A stretch of 57,406 nucleotides of DNA, counting the filler, from Squatina squatina (taxonomy: Eukaryota): the NCBI GenBank assembly GCA_031763465.1. It is 4 parts of 4 records of this genome, joined end to end, with 100 filler letters (N's around TTAATTAATTAA, not from the genome) between each part and the next. Parts side by side here need not be neighbours in the genome. Positions count along the whole stretch, not along the records: positions 29,321 to 43,483 come from JARFOE010000203.1; positions 43,584 to 57,406 come from JARFOE010000233.1; 2 more parts are not named here. One strand, given 5' to 3'. Below, piece after piece: positions 38,976-50,551 of this stretch. The notes under the pieces are model-generated. The model ran no database searches and was not told the origin of the DNA. It saw only the letters and a list, made by a program, of their open reading frames with translations. The position numbers were made by a program, and so were the translations under genes. Within the stretch, counting starts at the first letter, position 1. Every line of letters begins with the position of its first letter.

Positions 38976-39357
38976 GGAGAGGAAGGTGGTCATCCCAGAG
39001 GTCCGGATCGAGAAGGAGTACAGCCTGAGTGTGGACACCCTGCACCAGCTGGCCGGCGACAGCTTCGACGAGTCCGACATGGACAAGAGCTGCGACAGCC
39101 TGGCACCCGGTGGCCGGGACGTGGGCTACCGTCTGGGCGTGGAGGACCTGGGCCTGTGGCGCACCTGCAGCGACGGCAACCTGGCGCGGGACGGCGAAAC
39201 GCGGGACTTCATCTCCAGCAGCCAGCTGAAGAGCAAGCAGAAGACGGAGAGCGGCTGGAGCCTGCCCTCACCCAAGACGCTGAGGAAGGAGCGGGCGTTG
39301 GCGAGGGTAACCGCTGCCAAGGAACACCTGCGCTCCATCTTCAGTGGATCCCGCAAG
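38976..39357 (+). CDS. Unidentified GC-rich coding exon (5' end in gap)
   Basis: ~127 open codons with strong G/C third-position bias; donor AAG|GTAGGG; protein not recognised. Confidence 0.65.
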
Positions 39358-39524
39358 GTAGGGAGCAGAGCCCCGGTCGTTCTATGTTAAGCGAAGCGGT
39401 GAGAAACTAAAAGGGCCTTTTCTCCCCAGAAAAAAAGAGTTGACCCATTGGAGATCTTCAAAATGAAGAAGGGATTCAGACTGGATAGACGTAGCAAATT
39501 GGTTACCACTTGCTGCCTGTATCC

Positions 39525-39938
39525 GATTCCTGTTCACCCTTCACCCCTGTGCTCGCTGACCTACATTGACTCCCGGTCCAGCAACGCCTCGATTTTAAAT
39601 TTCTCATCCTTGTTTTCAAATCCCTCCATGGCCCCACCCCTCCCGATCTCTGTAATCTCCTCCAGCCCCACAACCCCCCGAGATCTCTGGGCTCCTCTAA
39701 TTCTGCCCTCTTGAGCATCCCTGATTATAATCGCTCCACCATTGGTGGCCGTGCCTTCAGGTGCCTGGGCCCTAAGCTCTGGAATTCCCTCCCTAAACCC
39801 CTCCCCCTCTCCACCACTCTTTCCACCTTTAAGACGCTCCTGGAAACCTACCCCTTTGGCCAAGCTTGTCCTAATATCTTCTCCTGTGGCTCGGTGCCAC
39901 ATTTTGTTTGATAATCGCTCCTGTGAAGCACCCTGGGA
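39525..39938 (+). mobile_element. L2/CR1-clade LINE 3' end
   Basis: TPVLADLH*LPVQQRLDF...LVFKSLHG and RSTIGGRAFRCLGPKLWNSLP; inverted copy at ~41300-41548. Confidence 0.8.
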
Positions 39939-40108
39939 CNNNNNNNNNNNNNNNNNNNNNNNNNNNNNNNNNNNNNNNNNNNNNNNNNNNNNNNNNNNNN
40001 NNNNNNNNNNNNNNNNNNNNNNNNNNNNNNNNNNNNNNNGGTGCTTAGATAACCATTCTGTGGTTAAATAATTCAAACCTCTCTCTTCTTTTCCCCTCTC
40101 CCATCCAG

Positions 40109-40653
40109 CTCCAACTTGTCTGACTCTGGATCCTAAGACAGCACACTCCTGGCTCATCCTGTCTGATGACCTGACCAGCGTAAGATACGGAGACAAAGGA
40201 CAGCTGCTCCCTGAGACGCCAGAAAGGTTCTACCCATGCGTGTGTGTCCTGGCGTCTGAGGGGTTCACATCAGGGAAGCACTACTGGGAGGTCGAGGTGG
40301 GAGACAGTGCTGAGTGGGATCTCGGGGTGGTGGCGGAGTCCATCAACAGGAAGGGAGACATCACTGCAATGCCAGAGGCTGGCTACTGGATTGTCTGGCT
40401 GAGAAGGAGCGAATATAAGGCTGGTACATTGCCTCGTACCCGTCTGGCTGTGAGTGTGAAACCCAGGATGATCGGGGTGTACCTGGACTATGAAGAGGGA
40501 CAGGTGTCGTTTTACAATGCGGAAAATATGTCCCATCTCCACACTTTTGTTGACATCTTCACTGAGAGACTCTTTCCCTTCTTCAGCCCTTGTTTGAATG
40601 GCCATGGGAGAGCCACAGAACCACTAAAGATCTGCTCTGCTAAAGGTCATTAA
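40109..40653 (+). CDS. B30.2 (PRY-SPRY) terminal exon, TRIM39/RFP/butyrophilin-like
   Basis: [15 protein letters not shown]...GKHYWEVEVG...[16 protein letters not shown]...LFPFFSP; intact from acceptor catccAG to TAA. Confidence 0.9.
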
Positions 40654-40791
40654 CTGTAAAACGTCAGTTTTCATGCATCTTGCTTTCCCCCNNNNNNNNN
40701 NNNNNNNNNNNNNNNNNNNNNNNNNNNNNNNNNNNNNNNNNNNNNNNNNNNNNNNNNNNNNNNNNNNNNNNNNNNNNNNNNNNNNNNNNNN

Positions 40792-41183
40792 GCCCTCATA
40801 GTCCAGGTACACCCCGATCCTCCGGGGCCTCACGCTCGGCCTGAGGCGGGTGCGGGGCAGAGAGCCAGCCTTGTAATCATTGCCATTTCTCAGCCACACT
40901 ATCCAATATCCAGCCTGCGGAATGGCCGTGATATCCCCTTTCCTGTTGATGGACTCCTTCACCACTCCCACGTCCCACTCGGCACTCTCGCCCACTCCCA
41001 CCTCCCAGTAATGCCTTCCCGACGCAAATCCTTCTGAACCCAGGACGCAGAGAGAGGGGTTGAACCTTTCCGGGGTGTCGGGCAGCTGCTGTTGCTTGTT
41101 TGCATATCTGACGCTGGTCAGGTCTTCCGATATGATAAGCCAGGAGTGGGCCGTCTTGGGGTTCAGGGTCACCGAGGCCGGAA
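40792..41183 (-). CDS. Second B30.2 exon, close paralog, truncated by gap
   Basis: [26 protein letters not shown]...[19 protein letters not shown]...IGVYLDYEG; acceptor ctttgccAG. Confidence 0.88.
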
Positions 41184-41648
41184 CTGGCAAAGAGAAAAAA
41201 AACGAGAAAATAAGCAGTTAGTACAGCTATACCTTAATTTATCCAAACACTAAAATGGTTTTAATTGTTAAAGATTACATTCCATTCTACAACAACTTCT
41301 ATTTAAATATAGCACCTTTAACATACTAAAATATCCCACGGCATTATAAAACAAAATTTGACACCAAGACACATAGTGAGGTACTAGGGCAGATGACCAA
41401 AAGAGGCAGGTTTGAAGGAGCATCTTAAAAGAAGGAGAGGCAGAGGCAACGGAAGGCATGGCCACCAGTGGTGGTGTGATTATAATCAAGGCAGCAGCAT
41501 TAGAGGAGCGCAGATATCGCGGGGAGAGGGGGCTGAAGAGGATTACAGNNNNNNNNNNNNNNNNNNNNNNNNNNNNNNNNNNNNNNNNNNNNNNNNNNNN
41601 NNNNNNNNNNNNNNNNNNNNNNNNNNNNNNNNNNNNNNNNNNNNNNNN

Positions 41649-42274
41649 TCCCAGACCCTGTGGGTATTTATCGGTGATTATTGGTGTTATCGGGGTGGGA
41701 TTTTCCCAGACCCTGCGGGTATTTATCGGTGATTATTGGTGTTATCGGGGTGGGATTTTCCCAGATCCTGCGTGTATTTATCGGTGATTATTGGTGTTAT
41801 CGGGGTGGGATTTTCCCAGACCCTGTGGGTATTTATCGGTAATTATTGGTGTTATCGGGGTGGGATTTTCCCAGAATCTGCGGGTATTTATCGGTGATTA
41901 TTGGTGTTATCAGGGTGGATTTTCCCAGATCCTGCGTGTATTTATCGGTGAGTATTGGTGTTATCGGGGTGGGATTTTCCCAGATCCTGCGGGTATTTAT
42001 CGGTGGTTATTGGTGTTATCGGGGTGGGATTTTCTCAGGCCCTGCGCGTATTTATCGGTGGTTATTGGTGTTATCGGGATGGTATTTTCCCAGAACCTGC
42101 GGGTATTTATCGGTGATTATTGGTGTTATCAGGGTGGGATTTTCTCAGACTCTGCGGGTATTTATCGGTGATTATTGGTGTTATCGGGGTGGGATTTTCC
42201 CAGACCCTGTGGGTATTTATCGGTGATTATTGGTGTTATCGGGGTGGGATTTTCCCAGACCCTGCGGGTATTTA
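41649..42274. repeat. Minisatellite, 55-bp unit, ~11 copies, CpG-rich
   Basis: Consensus tcccagaccctgcgggtatttatcggtgattattggtgttatcggggtgggattt; both ends in gaps. Confidence 0.95.
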
Positions 42275-42703
42275 NNNNNNNNNNNNNNNNNNNNNNNNNN
42301 NNNNNNNNNNNNNNNNNNNNNNNNNNNNNNNNNNNNNNNNNNNNNNNNNNNNNNNNNNNNNNNNNNNNNNNNNNAATACAGCCTTCTTGGTGCTCAACAC
42401 TGGCTCTCAGTTGGCATTAGGGAAAGGGTGATTTTGGGGCCTGGGTACTTATTCAGCCAAAATCTCAAATGGAAGTTGATCTGACAATTGTGTATTTTAA
42501 CAGAAAACTGACTGAAGTAAAATCTAATGAGTTACGCATACAAGTATATATTTATTAGAAAAAGACAGGTCTCTTCTAATAATAGAGAGCTGTTTAATAA
42601 TTGGTGTCAGGAATCTAACAGTGTTACCCACCTGTATTAATCACCGTTAGCATATTTCTACATATTCAATACTGCAGTGACCCAATGTACTTTCCCACAT
42701 TTA

Positions 42704-42781
42704 TTAAGGGTAAATCTTCTGGCGCTCTGGGAGAGTTCGCTTCACTCTGAACCAGGAGATAAAGGCCAGTGTTGGATCATT
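42704..42781 (-). CDS. Candidate terminal exon, unidentified
   Basis: Acceptor cttcttgcttatcctAG; NDPTLAFISWFRVKRTLPERQKIYP stop; the stop overlaps AATAAA. Confidence 0.25.
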   Translation of the reverse strand, partial: NDPTLAFISWFRVKRTLPERQKIYP

Positions 42782-43483
42782 CTAGGATAAGCAAGAAGTA
42801 TGTTAGAAATAGAAAAAACGACTTAAATCAAGGGTGTAAATTATACCTTTTCTGCATTTCCAGAAATTTCTGTGAGACAAGAACAATTATTACTGTTTGT
42901 GTTTAGAGAACATTTTATCACAAAAAGAAAAGCAATGAAATGGACACCACAGACAAGTACATTCCAAATATGGAAAGTTATTGGACTGCCTCTACCTGTC
43001 CTCACTGTACTGTGAGTTACTCCACAACATTACAACTAACTCGACTGCACAACTCACAGAGCTACAATCCAATTGTCAAAACCTGAAAAGTCTCAAGTTA
43101 TTAGAATTAAAATATTTTTAAAAGACAAGTCACTTTCATCTATTTAAGTTGTAACTTGCATGTATCCTTTGCTCAACGGAGATGAATCTGTGAATCTATA
43201 CCAGTGTTGTCCAATTGAAGTGGCTGACTAGCCACAGGTGTGACCAGAGAGACACCACTTTAGCCACAGGCACTAATTTCAGTCGAAAACACCTCACACA
43301 CATACAATATAGGTACTTCACGTGTATATTTACTGGGCAAACATCTATCACCAATCAAGGAAGTAAAGCAACAATCACAAAACATTTTGGACGTTCAATC
43401 CCACTACACCTCCATTCCCCACCAGGATGGCCTGAGGGCGCTCTGCTTCTTCCTTGAACAGAGACCCAACCTGTCCCCATCCA

Positions 43484-43583
43484 NNNNNNNNNNNNNNNNN
43501 NNNNNNNNNNNNNNNNNNNNNNNNNNNTTAATTAATTAANNNNNNNNNNNNNNNNNNNNNNNNNNNNNNNNNNNNNNNNNNNN
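43484..43583. other. Artificial scaffold linker
   Basis: TTAATTAATTAA at 43528-43539 within Ns. Confidence 0.95.
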
Positions 43584-44279
43584 GATACAAATGGCTTAAC
43601 GGTTATCGCTTTTTGGCTGATGTAAAGAACTGCCTGTTTTAAACATGGCTGTTTTAAGTGGTGGGGACTGTATCTGAAAACTTGCCTGCAGAGCAAGTGA
43701 CTACCCTTCAAAAGTACTTAATTGTATATGAAGCATTTTGAAACGTAGAGATGTTGTAGCATTATATAAATGCAAGTATTTTCTTAATCAATCTTGAAGT
43801 TTAAAATTGCGAAATGGAATAGGAAATTCTGCTTGACCCCGTTTTTATTCCAGTATGTGCTTCCAAGATCCTTCCCTTTTTGTCTCCTATCAGTGAGTGA
43901 GATCCAGTTCTCCCAATGTTGTTCATCACCAGGGAACATTGCTGGTGGGGAGGGCTAATCTGGCCTCGTATTCTAGAGACCAGCCGTGGAGAAGCAGCTG
44001 CATTAGGGTGGGGGAGGTTGTAGATGGGAAGCAGACTGCAGGGATCTTTAGTGGGGAAAAATAACAAACTCTTGGTACAGTTGTGTGGCCTCAAAAGGAA
44101 GCTAGAAAAAGCTGTCAAACTATACATGCAATGCATATAATCATCCAGACATCCAATTTTAGTTCTTGCTGTCCTATGCCATTATTGTTTTGAATTGGGA
44201 GGTGTAAATGAACATTTGTTTACTTAAATGTTGCAATTCGAAGTCAACTTTTTTTTAAAAAAAGAACTCTTCTCTCCAG

Positions 44280-44336
44280 ATACAGATAAGTGCTCCCAAT
44301 CCCGATGACCCTGAGGACTTCCCAGCTCTTGCTTGA
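44280..44336 (+). CDS. HABP4: HABP4 last coding exon (not in ORF track)
   Basis: Acceptor ctcttctctccAG; IQISAPNPDDPEDFPALA stop matches HABP4 APNPDDPEDFPAL; convergent with CDC14B as at human 9q22; AATAAA at 45083-45088. Confidence 0.85.
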   Translation: MQISAPNPDDPEDFPALA

Positions 44337-45664
44337 AGCAGTATTGAAGTTTTGTAGCTGGCACCAGTCTTGAAGTTTTGGCACATTGAGATGAGGCTTT
44401 TTGCTTCAGTTGTAACACTGACTACAAGGAGTGGCATTTCGCTCGCAACTACTGAAATTGGACTTTTCTGTTCACTACTGGGTGTGAATAGACCTCGCTC
44501 AGTGTTTATGTGGATGAAAGATGGTTGGAATATGACATACTACTGAGTTTTCAGCACCTCCCTTTGTGCTTAATTGTGTAATATTGGCATATGTCTTAAA
44601 CTGCTGAAGAGAAAGAGGTATATTTGATGTTTAAAAAAAAAAACAATGCTATATATTAAAAATATTGAATGGTTTGCTTGAATTGTAATGGTTTCCTGAA
44701 AAAGCACACGGGTAAGAGAATGCAGCTTATATTCTGACTGACAAGATGGTTCTACCATTTGGTTAACTGTAAATTTTGAAGTATTGCAGGCATGTTACAG
44801 AAATGGCCGCCTTTGGTGCCTACCCAGTAGAAGTAGCTGCAATTGCATCCTTGAAGCCATTTTGAACATAATGTGCACATGTCCTTGAACTTGAAGAGTT
44901 GTTTATTAGATCACAAATTTAAAAAACACACAAAACCAAAAAGACTTGCTTTGATTTCCCTCCTCCCCGTGTCAGTTTTTGGAAGCCAAGTGTTAAATTT
45001 GTGAAGTTTGGGCTAACTTATGTAATGGGGAAAGACTGCGTATTTTGCCTTTTTAGTAAATATGATTGTGAAAACTTGATGGAATAAATGCAGACTTGTT
45101 AAAAGTTAGTTCTCTCTTCCTCGTAGTTAATCTCTTCCCAAGCTACCAAAATCTCTTCTCAAAGATTGTTGCACATTATGAAGTTGCAGAGTTGAAATCC
45201 AGTATCTAATGTATAATGATTGATGTTGATCACTGTACTTTAAACAGCAGAGAGGGGATTCTAACTGTGTTTCTTTTAACTATACAGGAGTGGAGGAAAA
45301 TATAATTCGAGTATACCAGGCACAATGGCTACTTTTTTGCAAGAACAAAAACCTTCAGATTTTTTGTTTTACAGATGAGTTGTACATCTGTGTTGGGGGG
45401 TGGGGGCAGGGTAACTGGGCAGAATCTAAATGCTTCTCCGTTGGAATGGAAAGATTTGTATTTGCTTCTGTGCATCTCCCAGTTGCTGGCTTGAGTTGTC
45501 TTTGCAGATGTGTGGCAACAGGTTGCCTGTCTGATACTTAAACTGGCAGAGTGTGACCCATTTGAGGAAAAGAAAAATTACTTTCTTCTCCTCCCCTGCA
45601 CTATGTACATATTAAACAGTATGCTATAGCCAGAGCTAAGCGATCCCACAACCAACAGATCAGA

Positions 45665-46144
45665 TCAAAGTTGTGAATGGTGATGGACAATTAAACAACT
45701 AATGGGAGAAGGAGGTTGCTCGCCATCCTCCACGATGTATGAGCTGAGCACGTGAGTGAATAAGACCAGGCTGAAGCATTTGCAACCATATTCATCCAGA
45801 AGTGTTGAGTGGATAAACCATCTCTGCCTCCTCCTGAGGTCCCCACCATTACAGAAGCCTGCCTTCAACCAATTTGATTCACTCCACGTGATGAACGGCT
45901 GACCGCACTGAACATAGCAAAGGCTATGGCCCTGTCAATTTCCTGGCTGTAGTGCTGAAGACTGGCATCTACCCACCAAAGTGGAAAATTGCCCAGGTAT
46001 ATTCTGTCCACAAAAAGCAGGACAAATACAATCTGGCCATTAGCACCTGATCAGCAAAGTGATGGCAGATGCCGTTGGCGGTACCATCAAGCAGCCCTTA
46101 GCTGCTCACCGATGCTCAGTTTGGGTTCCACCAGGACTGCACGG
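45665..46144 (+). mobile_element. Degenerate LINE RT fragment
   Basis: TGIYPPKWKIAQVYSVHKKQDK motif preceding the RT domain. Confidence 0.6.
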
Positions 46145-46244
46145 NNNNNNNNNNNNNNNNNNNNNNNNNNNNNNNNNNNNNNNNNNNNNNNNNNNNNNNN
46201 NNNNNNNNNNNNNNNNNNNNNNNNNNNNNNNNNNNNNNNNNNNN

Positions 46245-46312
46245 CCCTTGTTCTAGACTCCCCAGCCAGGGGAAACATCCTCCCTGCATCTACCCTGTCG
46301 AGCCCTGTCAAA
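46245..46312 (-). mobile_element. CR1 LINE C-terminal fragment
   Basis: LTGLDRVDAGRMFPLAGESRTR. Confidence 0.7.
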
Positions 46313-46614
46313 CAGATCAGTGACTTTGATCTGCTCTTCGAATTTTCACCTCCACTCTCCAGAAGTGCATTTACTTTGCTCACCAACAGGCCCCGTGGCC
46401 TGCAAACTCCCTGTGGTGATTTGTGGTCACAACATAAGTCTATGTTCCATTACTGAATGCACAAACTCCTAAAACCCCAACTCGTTGCCGATGTAAAATT
46501 TATTTTCCCTGCAGCAATGCAGGATGCAGTTCAAGCAGATATCAGGTAAATAACATTCACTAAATAGTGTTTAACATCCCTCAACATTTTCATTCAGTAT
46601 GGCATGGTACTCAC

Positions 46615-46753
46615 TCGTCTAAAAAGTGCTGCTGAGGTCCTATAATTGATCCTGGTCTACATATTCTGATCCAGGCAATGGCTTCCGCTGCTGTTAGTTT
46701 GTAGTGCTTCATGATATAACATGCTATTAGAGTACCAGTTCGGCCTAAGCCAG
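46615..46753 (-). CDS. CDC14B: CDC14B catalytic-domain exon (139 nt)
   Basis: [46 protein letters not shown]; atAG acceptor, GTGAGT donor. Confidence 0.9.
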
Positions 46754-47419
46754 CTATATTTCAAAAATATGCAGAGTCATTTCTCTTATGTCTGAAAACT
46801 TTAAAATGTGGTAAAATATACAGAACTATGCTAAAGGGAGTTCACTGGAAAACAAATAGAATGCATAATTTACTGAACAAAAAAGTGTATACTTCCAGTG
46901 TTTCCATTAAAAACTGGAGGATAGAATAGAAATTCTATTACTGGAAGCAACCAAGCTCCCTCCTATTTGCCCTCCCCTCACGCTTTGCATGCCCACCCCC
47001 CNNNNNNNNNNNNNNNNNNNNNNNNNNNNNNNNNNNNNNNNNNNNNNNNNNNNNNNNNNNNNNNNNNNNNNNNNNNNNNNNNNNNNNNNNNNNNNNNNNN
47101 NAAACAACACAAACATCACAAAACATTTTAAAAACCATTTTAGCATTAAAATGTAATAAAAAGGAGATAAATAACAATTTTTTTTTAAATTTAAAAAGTA
47201 ATCTTTTAAAATGTTTAAAAACACACTTGCCTTACTTGTTTTAAAGTAATGACCCAGTAATTTTTTTGAATTAAATTTTTTTTTTAAAACTTGTCTTACG
47301 ATGTTAAAACCAAGCAGATATGCTAGGTTTTAACAAGCGTAAGAAATTTCAAGAGATCCCTAGCACAAAACTTTGCAAAAATATCACAAAGCTCTGTGCT
47401 GGGGATGGGCTTCGCCACC

Positions 47420-47570
47420 TCAGTGTTGGATCTGTCCAGAAGTTTCTGGTCAGATCGCAAATGCTGGATATGCGGGCTTACGACTGACAGCCCCATAACC
47501 AGCTTTTGTGATGTCTCCCTGGGTGCGTGGGAACATCGTTCCCACCCGGGGACATCGCAATTTCAGGCCC
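47420..47570 (-). mobile_element. MITE terminus, same family as 20559
   Basis: Reverse strand gggcctgaaattgcgat...gggagacatcacaaaagctggttatggggctgtc..cgtaagcccgcatatccagcatttgcgatctgaccagaaac aligns with 20559-20680. Confidence 0.7.
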
Positions 47571-47640
47571 AATATGAGCATCCCACAGTACTTCTCCAGG
47601 ATGACTATACATCTATACAAAGGAATTAAATAACACTTAC

Positions 47641-47733
47641 CGAAAAGGACCCAATAAGGACAGCTGCATTTGCCTGTTTCTTCTGATCACAACCTGTATA
47701 GTGAACTATTTTCTTCCTTCCCATGGTAAATGA
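47641..47733 (-). CDS. CDC14B: CDC14B coding exon 4 (93 nt)
   Basis: [31 protein letters not shown]; gtAG acceptor, GTAAGT donor. Confidence 0.88.
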
Positions 47734-49906
47734 CTACAACGAAAACAAAGTGATCACATTGCAACTAAAAGTTACTGAGCTAAACAACAGAAGTTATTTC
47801 TAATTAGAAAAAGTGCTAGGAACACATTGGGTTCATGCCGACAATGTATTTTTACGATCTTGCTGAAAACAAACTTGCCTGCTTTTCAACAATTTAGTCA
47901 ATCTTCCATGGTGTTGCACACAGCAATTCAAGTGTAGTCTACAGGTATAAAGGAGCTAGGAGGGTGGAGGATAATTGGACCAGGGAGTGCAATTCAGTCC
48001 CCATCTTAAAGTCACATATTCGCTCCTTATTTTTATATTGCACTATAAATTTGTATGTCTACATTTATAATGGAAAATGTCCATGCAAACTTCTGCATAA
48101 TTACACCCTCCCATCAGTGGTGGCACTGCAGTACCTACACGAGAGCATCATTACAGTGTGACAAGTTAAAATAAGTAGGTTTCCATTGAAAACTGGAATT
48201 AATAATAGAAAAGTCAACAGATGTGCACAGGCCTAAGATTTTTTTTCAAATGCATTAAAAGTTGAGCTTCTGTGGCGTTGCATACACTATGATCACTCTC
48301 TCTCTCCGAGTTTTGTCTCCCACTCCTTCCTTCCTCTTCTGCTTCTCTTCCCCTCACTCTTATTCATGCTTCTCACTATTTCTTCTTTCCTTTCAGATGA
48401 GAGATGGTGGGTGGTGTAGCAGGGAAAGGAGGCACCAATAGATGCAAATAGTGGGGAAAGGAGACAACAATAGATACAGATTGGATTTAGGATGGGAGAT
48501 GCTACGAAAATGTGGCCTTCAGTAGCTCCCATCCTAACCCCTCATGCTTCCCTCCATCGCTAATTTGTACATACACACATCAGTTTTGAGCCATCAGCAT
48601 TGGCCTTTTCGAACTGCCAACAAAAAAACTTGAGCTAATTAACTGGCTTAAAAATTACATTTTTAATTTTGAAAATTGAAGTAACATTATAAGAACACAC
48701 TATTGTCTGTCCTTTTCTAAACTNNNNNNNNNNNNNNNNNNNNNNNNNNNNNNNNNNNNNNNNNNNNNNNNNNNNNNNNNNNNNNNNNNNNNNNNNNNNN
48801 NNNNNNNNNNNNNNNNNNNNNNNGTTAAGAAGAAAACAACCCATTCATAGGCATTGAAAATAAGTAATCGATTTCCATTCAGTATCATGCAAAGTATCAT
48901 GTTCCTTATAATGGCAATTTTATTTAGTAAAGTTGGAGAAATCAGTACCTGCTGTTTTTTTTTTTACTTACAGTGTAAGAGGTAGCATACATACAGCTGA
49001 GGTAGGAAAATGTTTGTGCTAAACCTTTATGCATTTTTACCTAATACAGGTTCAAAATAACTTCTGAATTTGTTTCAGGTGGTGAATTTTACAACAATAT
49101 AAGTTTGCAACAGTTTCCCTCCGCGGCCGGGGGGGACTGGAGTGCACCATCACCAGGGATAATAGGCTTTTAGTTTGAGCACTGTTTTATATTTAAGTTT
49201 TAGTTTAAAGTCTAATTAGTTAATCGTGGGTGATTTGGGTAAACTCAAAATAGGAGTTTGCAGCAGTTAGAAGTGTTTAATAAAGCATACTTATGGCAAA
49301 GACATTACAAATGTATGAATACAAAAATCTACAACCAGACCCATACAATAAATTGCAAAAAACAAAAATGAAAGTGCATAAAATCAGCACCACTTCAGGC
49401 TGTGTGTATACACTAAAGCACCAGTCATCCTAAATATGCTTAATTAGGAAGATTTCAAATTCAGAATAAACCCTTAGAAAATAAAAATGTGATCAAAAAC
49501 AATTAAAGATGTAATTCTCAACAAAGTAAATTACTTTTTTTTACAGGAATTGGACTTACAATCTTCAGAAAATATATTTCAAACTGCAAACCCAACCCCT
49601 GCTAGTGTACTGAGTTAAAATACCTAACTCTATGGTTGCTAGGAGAATCTTAGATTGTACTGCAAAACACTGGAGCTACCTCAGGTAATTTTTGGACAAT
49701 TACTACCCAAAGATCAAGAAATTCCTTTTTGGACCACTGCACACAAAGATTTAGCTTGAAAATTTCTACTGGAGAACTCATGGACATGCTCTGTAACTTT
49801 CCTTATTTGTACACTAACCTAGATGATTACACTGAAATATTAGCTCTTTGGTACTCTTGTATTTGTTTAAAAGCACTTTCAGGCCTCAAAAAAAATTTCC
49901 ATTTAC

Positions 49907-49982
49907 CTTTATTTTTTTGTTTAATTTGCAGCAGTATCTGTATAACATGGCCATGTTCAGAGGTCCAAAGTCTGCATAAAAA
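49907..49982 (-). CDS. CDC14B: CDC14B coding exon 3 (76 nt)
   Basis: [25 protein letters not shown]; ttctAG acceptor, AAG|GTAAAT donor. Confidence 0.9.
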
Positions 49983-50460
49983 CTAGAAAACAAATATGAA
50001 TATTCAAAATTGTGGCCGGTAAGACCAGCTGGTCCATCAAGCTTGCCCCACACCATGACGGCTGGTATCATGGCATCCTGACTAAACACTTACTTACACC
50101 CCAACAATGTAAAAAGGGCCAGGTAGGCTCCACTGGGATAAACGTTTTACTAACATGCTGGTTAATCAATGTAACAACAAACCTTAAGCCTCCATACAAA
50201 TGCAGTGGAAAATTGACAGATTATATTACTCCTTCAGTTTAAAAGCAAATGTTCAACACACTTTTGCTATTTAAATAAATCAAAATTTACGTTCATTTTT
50301 AAAGATTAACAAAACAGCGACTCCTTCATCATTAAGAGTTGCTCTGGCAAATCTGGGGGCGATGCTGCGAAGTAAGCAAGACACATTTAAGTTCTAAAAA
50401 CATTTTAAAGAGGCTTACAGGAAATTAAAAATTGGGGGAAAGGCACTAAAACAAACTCAC

Positions 50461-50551
50461 TTTTCATATACAAGTTCTTCATCAACGCTAAAATAGTGTG
50501 TGCTCGCCGTGTTTTTGGGTTTATGTCGAAGAATAGCGAAATACAGTCGAT
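50461..50551 (-). CDS. CDC14B: CDC14B coding exon 2 (91 nt)
   Basis: [31 protein letters not shown]; tttAG acceptor, GTGAGT donor. Confidence 0.9.

Noticed and set aside
41649-42274. ORFs MVLSGWDFPRPCGYL...
   Set aside because: The 55-bp unit is not a multiple of 3; by-product of the repeat
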